NCBI RefSeq assembly: GCF_006345805.1
Contig: NC_043016.1
Span: 18,848,001-18,912,000 of the forward strand
Length of the DNA: 64,000 nt
Source of the DNA: Octopus sinensis
Taxonomy: Eukaryota
Reading direction: 5' to 3'
Shown: one piece after another, positions 11,446 through 24,288 of the stretch
Numbering within the stretch: position 1 is the stretch's first letter
Layout: every line of letters begins with the position of its first letter
Notes under the pieces: model-generated
The model's input: only the letters and a program-made list of their open reading frames with translations
Database searches by the model: none
What the model was told of the DNA's origin: nothing
Made by a program: the position numbers and the translations under genes

Positions 11446-12419
11446 ACTTGTACACAACAGCTCGTCAGATTTTTCAGAACTGTCACTGTTTCTTTCACAT
11501 ATCACTGTATCCATAATCGAGCATCAAATTTCGTCTAATCGCGAAATCTGGCTTCGTTTCAATATTCTATTTCCTCAAGAGATGTTTTCAAAGATATCTC
11601 AAATGGCATAGTTTATCTGTTGAGAGGTTTTGAATGCTAAATATATCTCACCGAGTCAAAGGTTACACTTGAAACAGATATCATAAACTCTGATATTGTA
11701 TTCGAGTGCATTTCCGTGGCACAATATATATTGCGGTAAAAAAAAAATGTTTTTCATTTCCACAGATAACTTTTCAAAAGGTATCTCATTAGACAAATTA
11801 TTTAGTTTGTAAATATGGACATTTTTAAACAGTTTAATTTATTTAGATAAAATTTCACTCAAATAGAATATGTTATCGACACACTACGAATAACGGCTCT
11901 TGAAACCGAGATTCCAAATAGTAAAACAAGTCAGAAAAACAAAAACTAAATATTTACTAATAATATCAGAAATTGATACAATTATTATTGATATTCTGTC
12001 ATTCTGTCTTTTTACTTCATTTGAAAAATCGCAATAATTATGTAAATATCAATAAATAATTAATACATACCATCATTATTTTGAGATAATTTTAGTGATG
12101 TTTATTGGTAGTATTTGTGTGGTGAACGATGGTGTTTTTGTCTTGTATTATATTGTTGATAGTGTTACTGCTGTGATTTAGTAACAGGACAATCAAAATT
12201 AAGTAGACACATGAGAAGAGGCATTCCAGTCACGTACATTCCAGTTCAGAAGAGTGCCTAAAAGAGGATATAATTCCAATGGCAATTAGCTTGTATTTCT
12301 AAGATAGGTGGAATGATTTTATAGAGACTGCATTAATGTATAGTGTTATAATTGTGGTATATAAGTATTATAAGTATGGCAATGTTAGTGAGCGTATGGT
12401 ATCATTGATGTGATATATA

Positions 12420-12835
12420 TATTTCTTTACTACCCACAAGGAGCTAAAAATAGAGGGGGCAAACAAGGACAGACGAAGGGATTAACTCGATTACATCGAC
12501 CCTAGTGCGAAACTGGTACTTTATTTATCGACCCCGAAAGGATGAAAGGCAAAGTCGACCTCGGCGGAATTTGAACTCAGAACGTAACGACAGACGAACA
12601 CCTATTTCTTTATTACCCACAAGGGGCTAAACATAGAGGGGACAAACAAGGACAGACATAGGTATTAAGTCGATTACATCGACCCCAGTGCGTAACTGGT
12701 ACTTAATTTATCGACCCCGAAAGGATGAAAGGCAAAGTCGACCTCGGCGGAATTTGAGCTCAGAACATAACGACAGACGAAATACCGCTAAGCATTTCGC
12801 CCGGCGCGCTAACGTTTCTGTCAGCTCACCGCCTT
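12420..12835 (-). mobile_element. Tandem pair of the octopus SINE (headless copy 12420-12600, full copy 12603-12835)
   Basis: Both copies match the reverse complement of 8717-8948. Confidence 0.9.
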
Positions 12836-14609
12836 TGATTTGATATATAGTAATGTTGTGGTATAGAGCAGTATATGCATGTGGTACATGGTCGTGTTAA
12901 TATGTGGTATACGCTAGTGTTGGTATGTGGTGGATTGTAGCGTTGGTCTATTGTGTTATTGCATTGATGAGATGTATGATAGATTGATACATTTGGCGTT
13001 GTGTATAGTAGCGTTGGTGTCGTTTACCGTATTATTGGTATGGGCGGTGATAGCTTGACATCAAGCATAGTGACGTGATTTATTGCGTGGTAATGTTGGT
13101 GCGATGCTCGATAGTGCTGCTACGTGGATCACGTAAATGTTTGTATATGGTAGTGTTGGAGTGGTGTAGGACAGGGATTGTCTGCAGAATGGTTGTTCTG
13201 GTCAACTTTTATGGTAGAGCTGGTGTAGTGCATGTTTACGTCGGTATAGTAATTCCAATGTCGATTTGTTAACTCATGTTCGAATGTGGCATGGTACAGA
13301 TTTTGTGTTGTGTAGTGATATTGATATGTTTTATGATTGTCTTCGCCTGTTTTATGGAAATATTATTGTTTTCTGTAGTTATAAGATAAGCCATTTTGTT
13401 GGTGCTTTAAAAGTCTTACCCAGTAGGTCGCTTGTCATGTTTAACAGTCTTTATACTCAAAACAATGATTTTTAACTTTTGAATATTACTGATGTATTCA
13501 AAATTCCAGACCATTTTATTTCTTACTTCTAGTGTTAAAACGATATATTTTAAATTGCCTAATATAACAAAGTTGCTTACTTTTCAACCATTGATTATAT
13601 GAGCAAATACATTAAGAAACAAAATATCTATTCGAAGAGGCAGATCCGTGTCAGTATCGTGGGTTGCTGAAAAGAAAGACTATTTAAATTAGAGGAAGTG
13701 GCAGAATGAACAGGGTCATTCAGAAATGAGTCAAGAGGAAGCTATTTCTGAAAGGTAGGGTTGAGGTAGCGAAGACCTACATCGTCTACTACCACCCGAC
13801 CATTCAGCTTTGTTCTACTCTATGGCTGATCAGACTGGAGTGCTTGTACTTCCACTTTCTGTCAAGATTCGCTACGTGGAGGATTATATATACTGTAGCT
13901 AATGAAGTATCGACAAGCAAGGGTTCTATGGCACCATTGATATACTATCCCAAGCTATTTCCATCTGAGCATATACAGCTATCACAGCTGATAAACCCTC
14001 GCCAACCTTTGTGCCTAGTTAGATACAACTTGTCAGTATCGCTTATGGGCTGAAATACTCCGTGTAATATGAGTAGTCAGGTCTTTATAACTCATCTTTT
14101 CTCCAACTGTTATTAATAAAATGTACCATGTAGTGATTATTCGAAACCTAATTAATAGTGACAGAAGCAGTATTAATACCAAAATGTAATATTTATCCAC
14201 ACTTAAAAAGTGGATGTTGTGTTAGAACACAGAATATGGTATTATCACAAGTTTCATGTGGACTTGTGCATATAAGCACACGTATTTATGTCGTTAACAG
14301 GAGATAATCGTCTGCTACCGCTAGTTTACTAAATTATCACCCTATTGTTATTTGATTTTCCTGTCAGTACTCGACCAGGACCTGTACTCTGTTGATAAAA
14401 AATATATAAATGTAATCAGAATTTTTATATTTGATACCTTTTCGAGTCCATTACTTTGAACAATATCGTCTAGTTCTGCTGTTTCCAATCCATTCTCCTG
14501 TAGCACATCTTCATCTGAAGTGCTCAACTCTTTCTTTAATTTGACTCTTCATAGCTTCAAGTTCATGCTCAGGCAACCATTCCCTGACCCTCAGTTTTAA
14601 TTAGTCTGC

Positions 14610-14810
14610 GCTGATGACTAAGTCCGTTCGAGAACTATCATGTATATTTTCCAGATCACCTTGGCCTCGCAGTGCTATCTGGGGACGCTACCGGTTCGAG
14701 ATAAACTCTATAGGAACAGATATGCTGTCAGACGAGCTTGTCCGAGGTGCGTCCAGAGTAACGAAACCGTTCTGCACCTACTCGTGGATATGCTTGGGCA
14801 ATGCATGCGT
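14610..14810 (+). pseudogene. L1/Tx1-clade LINE 3' fragment (zf-RVT-like)
   Basis: LASQCYLGTLPVRDKL...CPRCVQSNETVLHLLV; same family as TCPRCMHGDETALHAI at 63.0 kb (minus). Confidence 0.7.
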
Positions 14811-16006
14811 AGCAATAAATTCAAATATGAAATAGATGCGGTGCTAGTGTAACAAACATTATGAATCACATATATTAATCGGACCAGCGGATGTGATTTG
14901 GTGCCGTTGAGAATTCTGTCTCAAAACTTCGGGCTGCGAAATCGCAGCCTATAGGCAAATACACGGAGCTTGTGCGTTAAGTATATGTAGTTGATAATGT
15001 ATGTTTATCACACAAGCGTTGCTTCTATTTCGTATTTGTACACACACACATATACACACACACGCGCACACACTAACACATACTCACAGGCACGACTTTA
15101 GTCATGACCTACCGCCAAAAGTAAATAAAATAGCAACGAGACGGAGAGAGTGATGTAAGAGGTGGGTAGAAAAGCAATGTTATTTACATTCATAGAGGAA
15201 TGATTAATGCTCGCTGATAAAATGAACAAAGAAGTGTGTCGTCTCAATCACTGACTGGCAGTGAAATACGGAAAGATGGGGTATGCGAGGAGATTAGTGG
15301 TGGCCTCTTATTGTAATTAACCCAAAATCAAATCCAAAAGTTAAATAGTAGAGTATCAAAAATAAATGGGCACTCTGTACAGACTGTGGTGGGACAGTTA
15401 TTGATGTTGACATTCCACTTCGATACACTGATGTGCACAAGATTTTCTGCCGACGTAGTATAGCACGTATTAGCTTTAATATTAAATGGTTGTTTGATGG
15501 AGATAACGACTTAATTATGAAACTGTACGCCACCAAAACATCCCATCCGTTGATTCAACATAATATAAATATCATACAAGACCAAATAAAATAATGCAAT
15601 TCAAAAACATTCAATATGACAGTATCTAGTTACGAATTTGTATTACAATAATCCTGTCGTAACATACAAGTATCGGATACAAAATGTAGAGCACGAATGA
15701 AATTGTGGAACGCCTATACAGCTGTAGCTGGCTTAGGAATGTTATTACCTATATCTGGTAAGGAAATGCATCTTTATTAGGATTAAGGAACAGTTAACTT
15801 TCGACACGTTTGAATGTATAAAAGATCGATTCATATGAGTTTCCTACTGACTCGTTTATCGAGTCTTGATCGGACAGCCATATGAAATACATGCATGTCT
15901 GAAGATAAGCTGGAGATGCATTTATTTATTTTATCTATTACATGTTAATCACATTAAGCAGATGTATGGAATCTTTGTTAATATAAATGATTTCCTCGTC
16001 ACTTTG

Positions 16007-16305
16007 TTAATGTTATTTTATTTTTTCAAAAATTCGACTATAATGACAGTTTACAGTCTATTCATATTTTTTAGAGCAGTAGAGTTGTGATATGAGGTTT
16101 ATTTCGGTGCCTTTTTTAACAGATCGCTTAGGGGTTCCATTGTTATGTAAATAATGGACTTCTTAAGGTGTTCACTTATCAGTTCCAGTTTCTGGGTTTT
16201 AGTCGAAGACATCGACTCCAGGACTTACTTTTTGTAAGCCTTCTACTTATTCTATCAGTATCTCTTACTGAACTGCTAAGTTACGGGGATTATATTATAT
16301 ATGTA
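16007..16305 (+). repeat. Direct repeat A, copy 1 (ends in a SINE piece)
   Basis: Near-identical to 18952-19249, a handful of substitutions by eye. Confidence 0.95.
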
Positions 16306-17499
16306 TGTGTTAAAAGAAAAATACATTAAAAAAAGTTCGGTTATACATATTGTATTATGTATATTAAATTGCATTATATTATATTCTTAAAGTATAACAG
16401 ACTGCCATTTTTCTTTATAATACTAAATACGAATCCACAAAAATGTAAGTCAGGGTGCAAATCACAGAGTAAAGGGTTCAGATCATAATGTCCAGAGATT
16501 AGAATGCAAAATAATTCATCGTATATAGCTTAGGAATCCTGGATTACACAATTTGCCATCTATAAATAAAATGGACTTATCTTTATCAAAGTAGGAAACC
16601 TTTCATTTTATATTCCCTTTTATCTAGTGGTCATTAACGTAGGAAGTTTTTCATAGAACTTCACCTCGTTGTAGTCCTGTGACTGCTGTTTTTATCTTGA
16701 TTACATGTAAGCTAACCAGGTTCGATGCTTCTAGAGCTACAGTGATTTTCTAACGTTCAAAATAATATAGATGCCAGCGTGCATTAAAGTGGTAAAATAT
16801 CTACCGAATTTCAGGTAATTAGAGAAATAGGTTCTAAAAAAAGAAGCGATCTAACTCCACGATATCAAACTGAATAAATTTACGGTAAATTTTGTTTTCG
16901 ATATTATTGAACTAATTAATGATGATATTACAAATTCTATTGTCTTAAACGGGCATCTTCCTTGATCCTTGACGAAATTAATACCATGACGCATTCATGC
17001 TCGCTGCATCTAATTCACTTAACATTGTGTTGCTTAACCTGCATCTAGAGCTACCGATTAAATTATTTTTGCGCTGTTTCAATAAGCAATAAAACTCGCA
17101 TGTGTTTAAGCTTGCTAGTTTGAAAATCTTAGTCTTTTTGTATATTTTCATGATGCAAAAGGTTGTCAGAATTGCTTCTATCAGACTCGTATCTGCACGA
17201 GTTTTCTGTGAGTTCAACTTGAAAATCTTCATGTGGTTACTATATCTTACTTTCATATGCGACTGATCAAATTTGTCTCCACATTTTTATTTTGTACGAA
17301 TTTCTTTTGTTTTTTTTTTTTGTAACTGAATCTACTATCTACGTGTAAACTGGCCGATTCTTTAGTGAAGGAGTAAACGTTTCGCTTTACGTTTCCAAGG
17401 ACTTACCTTCTTCTCAATAAGTTGTCTGGTATACAGATTTCTTAGTAATGAAATACACAAAATCCAATGATGCGCAGATACATTCCAAGGTCGCCATAC

Positions 17500-18170
17500 T
17501 GTGCCAACCAACCAACCAACATACCAGCCAACTCCCCCAACATACCAGCCAACTCCCCCAACATACCAACCAACATAAAAACCACCATGCCAACCAATCA
17601 AACCACCAACCAACTAACATACCAACTAACCAGCCAACCGACCGACCGACTAACCTATTTCTTTATTACCCACAAGGGGCTAAACATAGAAGGGACAAAC
17701 AAGGACAGACATAGGTATTAAGTATATTACATCGACCCCAGTACGTAGCTGGTACTTAATTTATCGACCCCGAAAGGATGAAAGGCAAAGTCGACCTCGG
17801 CGGAATTTGAACTCACAACGTAACGGCAGACGAAATACCGCTAAGCATTTCGTCCGACGTGCTAACGTTTCTGCCAGCTCGCCGGACTAACCAACCGGCC
17901 AAACGACCGACCAACCGACCAACCAATCAACGAACCAACCAACGACCGACCAACCAACCAACCAACCGACCGAACAAACCAGCCCACCAACATACCAACC
18001 AATATACCAACCACCATGCCAACCAACCACCCAAACCACCAACAAACCAACATACCATCCAACCAACCAACCAACCGACCGACCAGCCGACCGACCAGCC
18101 GACCAACCAATCAACCAACCAACATATCAACCAACCAACCAACCAACCAACCAACCAACCAATCCACGAA
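17500..18170. repeat. Degenerate (CCAA/ACCG)n tract interrupted by a SINE
   Basis: Directly visible. Confidence 0.9.
17656..17884 (-). mobile_element. Octopus SINE, full length, TSD gactaacc
   Basis: Reverse complement of the 8717 copy; gactaacc at 17648-17655 and 17885-17892. Confidence 0.92.
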
Positions 18171-18353
18171 CCAGTAACGATCACCTTGATTATGTTATTT
18201 GAATTTTTGCCTTTTGTTTATATATTGTACTACTTATGATTGTATATCTCGGAATTTCAAGGCTATGGTACACTGAATTTTAAGCCTTCTGATCGTTAAA
18301 TATTCTGACCGGCTACTTAATGTTTTGATCTGCACTCTACAATAGATATTCGA

Positions 18354-18570
18354 GGTAATTACTCAACGAGTAGTATTCCGCTACCTACCGTCAGGCCAAA
18401 GATACCTCAGTCAAACGAAGGTTACATTGTCGTCAAGGGGTCCCATGTTAATTCGCAGGAAGTTTTGATTGAAGATGCGTGGAAAGCACAGAGCGAGAAA
18501 ACAGAAAGTAGATTCTCTTAAGAACATTTCATGACTACAAGATACGCTTATTTCCGTTCATAATTGTATT
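18354..18570 (+). repeat. Direct repeat B, copy 1
   Basis: Identical to 19399-19616 except one substitution and one 1-nt indel. Confidence 0.95.
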
Positions 18571-18951
18571 CGAGACTCGTATTTAATTTCTCTATACTTA
18601 TCACATATATTTTGTACCCAGTATATTATTATATTCTATATTGCATTGCATGGCATTGAATTGGATTAATTTATTTGGATGATGTATTAATTATATTATG
18701 TTGAAATATCAGGTGGCACTTTTAAATGTCATACAATTTCATGAGGGTGCTTTCACTCCCATCCTCGTAAATGATTACCTAGTGCAAAAGCTGGTGTATG
18801 CCTCTCTAGAGCAGTAGAAAATCGTGTGCAATATGATATGCCGAAGCTCATAGTGAAAATATAATTGTCCGTGCCATTCTGTGAAGCATAAGCAATGCGT
18901 TTCATTTATTTTCATTTATTTGGTATTTGTCTCTTCAATTTAGTTTTGATA

Positions 18952-19249
18952 TTAATGTTATTTTATTTTTTCAAAAATTCGACTATAATGACAGTTTTCA
19001 GTCTATTCATGTTTTTTAGAGCAGTAGAGTTGTGATATGAGGTTTATTTCGGTGCCTTTTTTAACAGATCGCTTAGAGGTTCCACTGTTATGTAAATAAT
19101 GGACTTCTTAAGGTGTTCACTTATCAGTTCCAGTTTCTGGATTTTAGTCGAAGACATCGACTCCAGGACTTACTTTTGTAAGCCTTCTACTTATTCTATC
19201 AGTATCTCTTACCGAACTGCTAAGTTACGGGGATTATATTATATATGTA
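18952..19249 (+). repeat. Direct repeat A, copy 2
   Basis: See 16007-16305. Confidence 0.95.
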
Positions 19250-19398
19250 GGTATGTAAGTATGTATAAGCTGAAAAAAGTTATAGTTCACGGTTAGCAAC
19301 TGGGGTTGCTGTGTTTGCGAATAAAATTCCAAATTTAGGGAAAGGAGTAGGTAAAATCCAGGCTACATATTTTTCCTAGGGAGTAGAGCCTTAGAAGT

Positions 19399-19616
19399 GG
19401 TAATTACTCAACGAGTAGTATTCCGCTACCTACCGTCAGGCCAAAGATACCTCAGTCAAACGAAGGTTACATTGTCGTCAAGGGGTCCCATGTTAATTCG
19501 CAGGAGGTTTTGATTGAAGATGCGTGGAAAGCACAGAGCGAGAAAACAGAAAGTAGATTCTCTTAAGAAACATTTCATGACTACAAGATACGCTTATTTC
19601 CGTTCATAATTGTATT
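19399..19616 (+). repeat. Direct repeat B, copy 2
   Basis: See 18354-18570. Confidence 0.95.
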
Positions 19617-19819
19617 TTTCTTTTCTTTTGTTTTACCAAACTTCTATCCTTTGAGGGTGTCCTCTATTTTAACTCAACTGCTTTCGGTGATCACTACATC
19701 CCACAATGTTCCTTGCTTCTCAAATATGTGATTGTGATATTATCAGAATATGGTTCGATCTTCAAGGCACAGTAAGCTTTAATCTAATGTCCTCGTTTTC
19801 GTTCTTTAATATAATTTTG

Positions 19820-20433
19820 ATGAGGAACATCATAATTAATCTTAGGTGAGTGTTGTTACTTTATTTAGTTGTTGATGTGGGTTCTTTCTTTTCCCACTGA
19901 ATTCTCTCTCAAGCAGTTTTTTAATAACCATCACCTCTCTCCATCGAAAGAGCGCGGAATGCTGTTGTTACTTAATGTTAATGGGACTGAAGGTCGCTGC
20001 TGTTGTTTCTGTTGTAAGCAGCTCTCCCTCTCACAGCCATCAATGGTTATGGCCGGAGAGGAATAGTTCTCGACTTCTCGATCAGCTCCTATGATCAAAG
20101 CCAAAGCGACATTTTCTACCAGTTCTGAAGTTTCGAACAGCAGTGCACATGAATTAACAGCCACTGGATTGTGTTGTTCATATTATTCTGTAAGTTTTTG
20201 TTTGTTTGTTTGTTTGTTTGTTTGTGTGTGTGTGTGTGTAAGTGTGTGTGTGTTTGTGTGTGTGTGCTTTCTTTTTTTCTTTTCTATTGTTTGCCTTAAC
20301 TTTCTGAATAGAAAACCTCAAATGACTTTTGTTGTCATAAGTATAAGAATTAGATCTTTTTCCTTTTACAGTAAGCTTCATTGCTTTAGTTTCTGCTCCA
20401 GTTACGAGGCAGAGCTGTGCAAAAGCTCTGTAA
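19820..20433 (+). CDS. Speculative 3-exon micro-ORF with a signal-peptide-like core (exons 19820-19845, 20161-20189, 20372-20433)
   Basis: Donors AG|gtgagt and CT|gtaagt, strong acceptor ctttttccttttacag; the exon-2 acceptor is weak. Joined product MRNIIINLSHWIVLFILFLSFIALVSAPVTRQSCAKAL*. Confidence 0.2.
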
Positions 20434-21509
20434 CCTTCAAGGTTCAAAAGGACTTGGAAAGCTATACTGATCTCTTCCAACTAACCTTTTTTTGTTATTC
20501 CGCACCTAGTTTCTACTAATATAGCATCACAAAGATAAAAATAAAAAAGGGTATGTACCTCTATCGATGCTCCTTACTGTCTTACATTGCCTAACATACT
20601 GGGGTCTGGGCGAATGTACGAGTGTTTCGCGTATTATTTCTAACTGTATTCAACTTAGCTTTCGTCCTGAAATGCCGGTCGATGGTTCTGTGCGATATAC
20701 TTTGGTCAGTGGATGCAATTTTACTCTCACACATTTTCTAGAACAACACCCACTTACTCTTTTCAAGGCATACCGAACCCTGCTTAGTTTTGTGTGAGTA
20801 TAAGTACGTCAACTCAAGAATCAACCTCAAGAGTTTAAGTAAGAACGTATTGCTATAGTTTCTTCTGGTCCAGGGCCCTCTTTATTTAGATCCGTCTTGT
20901 TTGAAACAATAGGAGCACAAGTATTTTTGCCACAAATATACTTGCTGGTTCAGGCTTCCGTGTATGAAGCAGTACTACTGTTTATATTTGTTGCCACTGT
21001 TGCCACTAACAAGATATTCCTTTCTGCAATAGGCACAAGACCTGAAATTTTGCGGGCAGGGGTAAGTCCGTTACATCAACCTCAGTGCTCAGCTGGTACT
21101 TGTTTTATCGACCCCGAAAGTATGAAAGGCAAAGTCGACCACGGCAATAATTGAACTTGTGCTTCACTTTTGAAAATGTTTAAATGTTGATACGTATTGC
21201 TTGTGTTTTCTTTTTATCACTTGCAAAAATGTTTTGATTTGATCTTTCTGTTTCTTGGTTTTGTCTTATCATCGAATGGTGCAAGCATGATAAATACTAG
21301 AAAGTTAAAAGTCGACCGAAATGTCTAATTAAAGAGTCTTCTTACTTGAGGGGAACAAAATGAGGAAACAACAAAAACCTTCGTTTATCGTGGTACTCGC
21401 ATAAAAGTACAAAGAATATCGACATTTAAACCTCAGAAAGAAAAAAAAGAAGAATCAAAACTGTGGGGCAGAAAAAAATAGGTTTGACATTAAGAGACAC
21501 AAATGTTAA

Positions 21510-21726
21510 TGATGATGATGTTGTTCATGATGATGATGAAGAAGAGGAGAAGAATTTCTTGAAGAAGTACTATTACAACAACTACTACTACTACTACTAC
21601 AACCACCACTACCACCGTCAGCGCCACCACGACCACCACCATTACCACCACCACCACCATCACCACCACCACCACCACTACCACCACCACCACCACTACC
21701 ACCACCACCACCACCACCACCACCAA
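21510..21726. repeat. (GAT)/(TAC)/(CAC)n compound microsatellite
   Basis: Directly visible; the His-rich ORF is an artefact. Confidence 0.95.
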
Positions 21727-22974
21727 TAACCGATTTTTTTGGTCAAACTATCGTATCTCCAGCTGCTTCAGATGTCAAGATATCAAAAATTGTCGAAGTG
21801 TAGTACAACACTTTTGCTATGGAATGGTGAAACTATTTTTTCGTTTTTTTTAAAAAATCAACGTCTTGGACTTACGACACTTTGGCATTATAGCAACGAC
21901 ATATACATATACATGTGTGTGCGTGTGTGTGTGTACATAGATTTGTATATACGTATCTATTATATTTACTACATTTGAAAAACCGAAGCGGGTACTGCAC
22001 ATGGTCTCTAATAAACATTGTCAGCTATGTAGTATCCTGCATAACTTACTGCGATGAGATCAGCTTTTTCTATCATACGTTTTGCTTCATAAATTGGTTG
22101 ATTGAATTATTGAAAGTTAAATTTTGGGACTTCATAATTTCTATATGGGATACGATCCGTCGAACCCAATTAACAAAAGTTGTTAGTCATCGGATATAAA
22201 AAAAAACTACAGCATTTTCAAACATCATTCCCTCAAATCATTATATAACCTCGCCTCTGCAAGTCAAGAAACTCTAATTAAAAAGAAAACGAAAATATAA
22301 ATATCGAATTAATACGAGTTGAAAAAAACAATTGGTAATGTTGAACGCCAAAGTGTCTGTACTTCTGTATTGAAATATGACATTAAAAAGAAACTAATTT
22401 CTCATTTTCATTTCGACCCACCGGGAAAATATCTAGCTGTTTACATAGCTTTATCTATTTGTTAACATAGTAATCACCATTTATTAACACAATAACAACT
22501 ATTTAGTAATATCTAACTCCTAACGCATAATGTAACGTTACCAATCTACAGAACAAAAGTGATAATCTTGCTATTAACATGATAATCTCACTATATAACA
22601 TGATAGCTTCGATAAGATCGTAAGATCTGTCTTCAAGAACACTTCTTGCATTAATATATGCAAAAGTAATGTAAGGAGCGTATGGTATTATTTCATATAT
22701 TTATTAGTAAGTCTGATTAATGGCATATCATACTTCTTCATAAAATATACGTATGTTAGAATACTGTGGAGCTTCTCCAACACATCGGGTTTCATTTCAT
22801 AGCGTAACATAAACTAATATATTGTTCTACTACTGCATCCATGTAGATATTCTATTACAACATTTCAAGAAATAAATAATATCTCATAAATGTATACAAT
22901 TTTCATGATGAGCGCCGTAGAATTATTGTATGGAAGCAGCCGTGCTACTACAAAGCTGCCCACACTAAACAAAT

Positions 22975-23066
22975 ACGTACATACATACACACACACACAC
23001 ATGTATGCGTGTGTATGTGCAAAATTGTATATATATATATATATTATATATATATGTGTGTGTATA

Positions 23067-23101
<35 letters not shown>

Positions 23102-23261
23102 ATATATATATATATTATATATATTTACATATATATATATATATGTGTGTGTGTATATGTATATGTATGTGTATATATATATATGTATATATATAATATA
23201 TCTATATATATATATATGTAATATATATATGTATATATATATATATACATATATATATATC

Positions 23262-23298
<37 letters not shown>

Positions 23299-23305
23299 AT
23301 ATATA

Positions 23306-23376
<71 letters not shown>

Positions 23377-23386
23377 TATATATATA
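22975..23386. repeat. (CA)/(TA)/(TC) low-complexity block
   Basis: Directly visible. Confidence 0.95.
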
Positions 23387-23442
23387 CTCTTTTACTCTTT
23401 TACTTGTTTCAGTCATTTGACTGTGGTCATGCTGCAGCACAC

Positions 23443-23708
23443 GGTATTTATATAAGACTAAAGCTTATAGCGATCACTGTGCAATCATTAGGAAATATAG
23501 TCTAAAAATGGAGCAAATAAGCCCCCGACAGAAAAAAAGTAGGCTTTCCTACACTTAGTCACGTTGACAAGGGGATGTGGATTCGAGTCGCAAACGGATA
23601 GAAAAGCCGATTTTTTTCTGTCGAGGGCTTCTATGCCCCATTATTAGACTATTTTCCTTAGTCATTGCATGGTGATCGCCATAAGCTTTAGGCTTATATA
23701 AAAATACC
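23443..23708. repeat. ~266-bp foldback element
   Basis: ggtatttatataagactaaagcttatagcgatcac... is mirrored by ...gtgatcgccataagctttaggcttatataaaaatacc; inner gcccccgacagaaaaaaa / tttttttctgtcgagggc. Confidence 0.9.
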
Positions 23709-23830
23709 ATTATTTTATTTACAGGATTGTAAAATACGGCGCCGTATAACAAAAACATTTGCACCGAAAGCATTTATATGTGTATGTATATATGTATGTA
23801 TTTATGTATGTATGTATGTATGTATGCAAG

Positions 23831-23861
<31 letters not shown>

Positions 23862-23864
23862 AAT

Positions 23865-23896
<32 letters not shown>

Positions 23897-23913
23897 CAAA
23901 TATACATACATAT

Positions 23914-23997
<84 letters not shown>

Positions 23998-24247
23998 CTG
24001 CTATTATGCAAAAGTATCGTAAGTCCAAAACATTGATTTTTTTTTTACAAAATGAAAAAATAGTTTCACCATTCCATAGTAAGACTACTGTGCTACACTT
24101 ATACAATTTTTGACACCTTGGCATCTGAAGCAGCTGGAGATACGATAGTTTGACCAAAAGACTCGGCTATTGCAAGCAAAAATAGATATTGAGAAAAATG
24201 CAATTGGCCAAATTTGGAACATATGACAGTTTAACATGATATCAATG

Positions 24248-24288
<41 letters not shown>

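Noticed and set aside
12840-13340. GT-rich segment with ORFs 13075 and 13266
   Set aside because: Decayed low-complexity (gtggta-like) sequence.
17408-17499. Minus-strand exon ending AAG|gtaagt
   Set aside because: Good donor, but the acceptor lies in a satellite and the peptide is uninformative.
17500-18170. CRISPR-like or peptide-repeat array
   Set aside because: A degenerate tetranucleotide satellite with no constant repeat/unique spacer pattern; eukaryotic context.
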